From assembly GCA_963823335.1 (NCBI GenBank), contig CAWGLD010000001.1, positions 448,001 to 512,000 on the forward strand: a stretch of DNA of 64,000 bases. The letters run 5' to 3'. This document shows, piece after piece, positions 59,576-64,000 of this stretch. A program made the position numbers and the translations under genes. This DNA is from an uncultured delta proteobacterium (GTDB lineage Bacteria > Desulfobacterota > Desulfobacteria > Desulfobacterales > B30-G6). Below the pieces are notes generated by a model. It worked only from the letters and a program-made list of their open reading frames with translations. It was not told the origin of the DNA and ran no database searches. The first letter of the stretch is position 1. Each line of letters begins with the position of its first letter.

Positions 59576-61135
59576 TTAAAATTTGGTCGGCCAGTTGGCC
59601 AGTCGATGCCCGCCAATACCATTGTTCCGCACACCCCGGCTGATTTTCAGGGCCCGACTTATATAATTCCGTGTCTCCCGGGGATCGATCACATCGTGAA
59701 TATAATGCATACCGGCAGCTCCGTAGGGAGACGCATCATCCACCATCTGCTGAACCAGCTTCTCCCACTCCTTCTTGTCACGCTCCGTGGCGGGGATCTT
59801 GCCACCGAAGACCACATTGGCAGCTATTTCCGGGCTCACGAAACTCATTTCCGCCGTGGGCCAGGCCACGATAAAATTGGTGCCACACCCCGATCCGGCC
59901 ATATTCCAGAAAGCCATACCATATGTTTTCCTGACGATGACGGAAATTTTCGGAACCGTTACCAACCCCAGAGCGTTCATGTAGTTCATCACCCTGGCCG
60001 CCACACGGTTTCTTTCGGCTGCTTTTCCCACTAAAAAGCCTGGTGTGTCGTGAAAGAACACCAGGGGAATATTGAACGAATCACACAGGCATAGAAAGCT
60101 GATGACCTTGTCGATGCCGTCCGTGTCCATGGCACCGGCATTGACAAAGGGTTGATTGGCAACAACACCCACCACATTCCCCTTGATTCTGGCGAGGGCG
60201 GTGATGACATTTTTTCCAAAATCGGGTTTAATGGGAAAGAGACTTTGCCGGTCGAAAACAGCATTCAAAATCCGGTGCATGTCATAGGCCCGATTTCGTT
60301 TTTGAGGCAGGCTTTCTAAAATATTTTCAGCTTCTTCGGATGGATCGAATTTCTCCCGACGAGGTGGTGCTTCCTCATTGTGCTGTGGCATATAGCCCAA
60401 AAACTGCCGAATGATTCTGAAACAGTCGTCTTCGGTTTCGGCAATGCGGTCTGCCATACCGGTGATCTCTCCGTGAACCTTTGAACCCCCCAGTTCCTCG
60501 TCGGTAACGGACTCGCTCAGGGCAAGCTCCAGGATTCTTGGTCCCGAAACCCCCATGGCGCTCCCCTTGACTTGCACCACAAAATCGGACAGGCAGGCCA
60601 TCCAGGTGGGCATGCCATAGCATTCCCCCATGACGGCGGTAATCATGGGTGTTTTCCGGACCCGGCTCATGATTTGAAGGTAGGTGTCAAAGCCGCCGCC
60701 CCCGAAGGATGCAAGGCCCTTTGACCCCATGATATCCGGCATTCTGGCGCCACCTGCTTCCCCGAGATAGATCACTGGATACCCGTATTGCGCTGCCAGT
60801 TGTTTCAATTCACCTTCTTTGCGGCCTGCTACGCGGCTCGAGGTGGCAGCCAGCACGGAAAAATCATTGGACAGGATGCCCACCGTACGGCCATCGATGG
60901 TGCCATACCCACCAATTTTGCTGTCCGCCGGAGTCCTGTCCTCCATTCCCGGCACGTCGGAATGATTGAACATGCCCACCTCGAGAAAAGAACCCGGGTC
61001 GAGAAGACCCTGGATACGTTCCCTGGCGTTGAGCCGCCCCTTGGCATGCTGCTTGTCGATCTTTTCCCTGCCACCCATTTCCAGCGCCCGGGCTCTTCTG
61101 TTCTCCAGATCCTGCAGTTCCTTTTCAAAAGACAT
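59576..61135 (-). CDS. Acyl-CoA carboxylase carboxyltransferase subunit
   Basis: NARERI, GGARM, DTPGFLVG, RKTYG, WPTAE. Confidence 0.9.
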   Translation of the reverse strand: MSFEKELQDLENRRARALEMGGREKIDKQHAKGRLNARERIQGLLDPGSFLEVGMFNHSDVPGMEDRTPADSKIGGYGTIDGRTVGILSNDFSVLAATSSRVAGRKEGELKQLAAQYGYPVIYLGEAGGARMPDIMGSKGLASFGGGGFDTYLQIMSRVRKTPMITAVMGECYGMPTWMACLSDFVVQVKGSAMGVSGPRILELALSESVTDEELGGSKVHGEITGMADRIAETEDDCFRIIRQFLGYMPQHNEEAPPRREKFDPSEEAENILESLPQKRNRAYDMHRILNAVFDRQSLFPIKPDFGKNVITALARIKGNVVGVVANQPFVNAGAMDTDGIDKVISFLCLCDSFNIPLVFFHDTPGFLVGKAAERNRVAARVMNYMNALGLVTVPKISVIVRKTYGMAFWNMAGSGCGTNFIVAWPTAEMSFVSPEIAANVVFGGKIPATERDKKEWEKLVQQMVDDASPYGAAGMHYIHDVIDPRETRNYISRALKISRGVRNNGIGGHRLANWPTKF

Positions 61136-61207
61136 ATCCGTGATTCTCCTATCGTTCTACCCACAATCATAACGAGAGTAACAAATAACAGAGTCTGCGT
61201 TGCCCAT

Positions 61208-61305
61208 GTCATTAGCCCTTCGGGCGTGATTTGTCCTTCGGACGACATTAGCGCTGCGCGCGTCATTTATTGTTGTTGATAGCTGTTCGCTGAACCTAAA
61301 ACCTA
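61208..61305. repeat. Array of 18-nt mini-hairpin units plus conserved flank (locus 3)
   Basis: gtcatta-gccc-ttc-gggc, gtgattt-gtcc-ttc-ggac, gacatta-gcgc-tgc-gcgc, then attgttgttgatagct...cctaaaaccta. Confidence 0.85.
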
Positions 61306-61359
61306 TTCTGATGATGCGCAGAAATGACATGTCTCTCTCAAGCCCTTCTATGCCGTGCA

Positions 61360-62250
61360 TTATGCGTCCTCTTCACCGTAGGGCAAGCGCTTCCCGTCTT
61401 TGGTATAGCGGTAAAAACCCTTTCCAGCCTTTTTCCCCAGACGCCCCTGGGCAATCATCTTCAACAGGAGGTCCGATTTCGTCACCAGATTCTCTTCCCC
61501 CAGCTCCGCCAGGGATTGACCCACCAGGGCAAAGGTATCCAGGCCGGCATTGTCGGCGACTTCAAAGGGCCCCACATTCCAGCCATACCCCAGTCGCATG
61601 CCGGCATCCACATCTTCCGGACTGACAATACCGTCCGATACCAGGTCCACGGCTTCCCGGAAAGCCGCCGAGAAAATACGGTTCATCACAAAACCGGGGA
61701 TGTCCCGGTTGACACGCACCGGTGTTTTCCCAAGGGAATTGACAAAGTCAACCCCTGCTTCAAACACGTTGTCGGCCGTCTGTTCCCCTTTTACGACCTC
61801 CACCAGTCCCATGAAGGGTACCGGTCCAAAAAAATGAAGACCCAGCATGCGCTCAGGCCGGTCGAGATGTGCGGCCATACGGGTGATGGGTATTGAGGAG
61901 GTGTTGGTGGCCAGCGGGGTTGTAACGGGGATTTCTTTCTCCAGGGCCTTGAAAAGATCGATCTTGAGCGTCTCTAACTCCAGGACTGCCTCGATAATCC
62001 AGTCTGCCTCCGCCGCAGCCGACAGATCGGTTCCATAGCTGAGACGACTGAGGATTTTATCGGGAGCTTCCTCAAGAAGCCCTTTCTCCGTCAGTTTGCT
62101 GACCGACCATTGCAAGCCCTTTTCCGCCTTACCCAGAGCCTCCGGACTAACATCGCTCAGGTGAACCCGGTATCCACTCTGGGCACACACCTGGGCGATC
62201 CCGGCACCCATAAATCCTGCCCCGACGACCAAAACGTTTTGCTGCTTCAT
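61360..62250 (-). CDS. 3-hydroxyacyl-CoA dehydrogenase
   Basis: GAGFMGAG, IEAVLE, TNTSS, GLHFFGP, PGFVMNR. Confidence 0.92.
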   Translation of the reverse strand: MKQQNVLVVGAGFMGAGIAQVCAQSGYRVHLSDVSPEALGKAEKGLQWSVSKLTEKGLLEEAPDKILSRLSYGTDLSAAAEADWIIEAVLELETLKIDLFKALEKEIPVTTPLATNTSSIPITRMAAHLDRPERMLGLHFFGPVPFMGLVEVVKGEQTADNVFEAGVDFVNSLGKTPVRVNRDIPGFVMNRIFSAAFREAVDLVSDGIVSPEDVDAGMRLGYGWNVGPFEVADNAGLDTFALVGQSLAELGEENLVTKSDLLLKMIAQGRLGKKAGKGFYRYTKDGKRLPYGEEDA

Positions 62251-62430
62251 CTTTTCTCCTTTGACCGATACGGACCCGCCAAGACACCATTTTTAGCAGG
62301 TCCCCGGGTTCATAATAATCCGGCACTAATTATACCCTTTAACTCAACTTTCGGTTTTCACCATCGATAGAGCGAAATGGGTGATCCAATGGCGATTTGC
62401 GGTGTTTGAGGCGTTTAGGGATCCTTACAT

Positions 62431-62590
62431 CAGCGCATGACAATGAAAATCCAATATGAAAACCCGGTCAGTTGAAAGCTATGCCTGTTTAACCATATGG
62501 CCGGCGCTGGTGTTAGGAACCCTTACGGCGAGTTCGCAAAGCGCCAGGGGATTATTCATTTCGTGTTCGCTGAACCCCGAAAGTTGGGTC
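62431..62590. repeat. Repeat family C copy / imperfect long inverted repeat
   Basis: cagcgcatgacaatgaaaatcc versus reverse complement cagcgaacacgaaatgaataatcc; the right arm matches 33380-33423. Confidence 0.5.
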
Positions 62591-62655
62591 TGTAATTTTT
62601 ATACTGTTTGTCAAAACAACGTTCCGAAACTGCTTAGGCAAATAGCGTCAAACAA

Positions 62656-63723
62656 CTAAAGCGTGGAGCGCTCGATGACATTCATGGCCGCTTTTTCCAA
62701 TATACCCACCACATAGCCCATTTTCTTAAATCGCGGGTCCTGGGTCTGCCCGTGATAATAACGATAGTAGATCTGCTGAACGATCACTGCCAGCTTGAAA
62801 AAGCCGAAACAGAGATAAAAATCGTAGTGATGAATGGTGCGGCCGGACAGGCGCTCATAGAGCGCCACCAGTTCTCTTCGTTTCAGCGCCCCTTCGGCAT
62901 TGGTGGGAACCGAACGCATCAGCTGCATTTCCAGGGGATCCCCGGCTTCGACCCAGTATGCCAGAGTACCACCCAGATCCATCAACGGGTCACCCAGGGT
63001 GGTCATTTCCCAGTCCAGAACACCGATGATGTTCAAGGGGTTTTCAGGATCCAGCACCACATTGTCGAATTTGAAATCGTTGTGGATCAGACAGGGCACG
63101 TCCGTATCCAATGGCATTTTGTCCTTGAGCCAGCACATGACCACTTCGGCCTTCGGCACATCAGGCGTGCGGGCAGCCCGGTAACGCCCGCTCCAGCCGG
63201 TCACCTGACGTTCCACGTATCCTTCGGGTTTGCCCAACGATTCCAGACCGATTTCCCGGTAGTCAACACTGTGCAGCTCATAAAGAACCTTGAACAGGTT
63301 TTCGCACAGACGCGTCATGTCCCCGGGGCTCAGCCCCAAGGATTCCGGGATATCCCTTCGCAATACAATGCCCCTGATCCGTTCCATGACATAAAACGAA
63401 CACCCCATCACCTGGGGGTCTTCGGTGTAGGCCAACGGGCGAGGACAGTAGGGGAATACCGGCCCAAGGGCCTTTAACACCCTGTACTCCCTACCCATGT
63501 CATGAGCGGTTTTAGCCTTGGTCCCCAGGGGTGGCCGCCGCAACACCATTTCCCTTTCACCCACCGTGACCAGATAGGTCAGGTTGGAGGCGCCGCTGGG
63601 AAACTGCTGGATCGTCATTGCCCCATCAAGCCCGGTAATCACATCCCGCAGAAACGCTTCCACTTTCCGGGTATCGAGCTCTTCGCCCTGTCTTACTTCG
63701 GTTGCTTCGTCCATCTGTTGCAC
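62656..63723 (-). CDS. APH-like phosphotransferase (ACAD10/11 kinase domain / LvaA-like)
   Basis: GASNLTY, LRRPP, AHDMGREY, HNDFKFDN, LDWEMTTLGDPLMDL. Confidence 0.9.
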   Translation of the reverse strand: MQQMDEATEVRQGEELDTRKVEAFLRDVITGLDGAMTIQQFPSGASNLTYLVTVGEREMVLRRPPLGTKAKTAHDMGREYRVLKALGPVFPYCPRPLAYTEDPQVMGCSFYVMERIRGIVLRRDIPESLGLSPGDMTRLCENLFKVLYELHSVDYREIGLESLGKPEGYVERQVTGWSGRYRAARTPDVPKAEVVMCWLKDKMPLDTDVPCLIHNDFKFDNVVLDPENPLNIIGVLDWEMTTLGDPLMDLGGTLAYWVEAGDPLEMQLMRSVPTNAEGALKRRELVALYERLSGRTIHHYDFYLCFGFFKLAVIVQQIYYRYYHGQTQDPRFKKMGYVVGILEKAAMNVIERSTL

Positions 63724-63757
63724 TTTTACCTATGAATATAGAAAAAGAAAAAAACTG

Positions 63758-63797
63758 TCACGAAAGCACGAAAATGATCTTTTTCGTGTTTTCGCGA
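63758..63797. repeat. Short inverted repeat/hairpin
   Basis: tcacgaaagcacgaaaa-tgatct-ttttcgtgttttcgcga. Confidence 0.5.
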
Positions 63798-63836
63798 TGA
63801 AGATATTCCCCTGGCCGCTAAATCAGAACCGGGCAG

Positions 63837-64000
63837 TTATTTTACGGTCTTACCTTCATACTCTTTTAAGATTCTGCGGGCCACGGACACCTTGTGAACC
63901 TCGTCAGCCCCGTCATAAATCCTGGCTGCGCGCTCGTGACGGTAGAAAAAGGAGATGATCGTGTCATCTGTCATACCCAACCCGCCGTGCACCTGCAAAG
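63837..64000 (-). CDS. Acyl-CoA dehydrogenase, C-terminal part (ACAD10/11/LvaC-like; start outside window)
   Basis: Manual translation: LQVHGGLGMTDDTIISFFYRHERAARIYDGADEVHKVSVARRILKEYEGKTVK*. Confidence 0.85.
   Translation of the reverse strand, partial: LQVHGGLGMTDDTIISFFYRHERAARIYDGADEVHKVSVARRILKEYEGKTVK

Noticed and set aside
57138-61305. CRISPR array interpretation of the 18-nt arrays
   Set aside because: Units are too short, have no unique spacers and recur between loci; no cas genes are present

Overview
Gene-dense, mostly minus-strand catabolic region, probably from an anaerobic Desulfobacterales-like deltaproteobacterium (inferred from gene content and intergenic repeat types). The flanks (1-3043 and 43018-64000) encode acyl-CoA/fatty-acid metabolism (APH-like kinases, acyl-CoA dehydrogenases, FadB-like enzyme, thiolase, EtfAB, carboxyltransferase), an RND efflux pump and an MFS transporter. 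Between them is a ~40 kb block (3183-42645). It is bracketed by a diverged 136-bp fragment of a methyltransferase gene (3045-3180) and the intact gene (43018-43656). It encodes a catabolic route for an unknown substrate: amino-acid ABC components, aminotransferase, IorAB, a FrhB-like Fe-S protein, three OYE-type flavoenzymes, six SDRs, three EthD-like proteins, beta-oxidation enzymes and an AtuA plus biotin-carboxylase module. The best-supported hidden signal is that four short ORFs at 15584-16493 are most likely two tandem AhpD/CMD-like selenoproteins (C-R-Y-UGA). Each has a SECIS-like hairpin at the same offset, with compensatory base changes between the paralogs. Also notable are a frameshift cutting the signal peptide off one binding protein, a LivK-like protein without a signal peptide, three arrays of 18-nt covarying mini-hairpin units, and several MITE/REP-like repeat families. 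I recognised no rRNA, tRNA, CRISPR, integrase or transposase.
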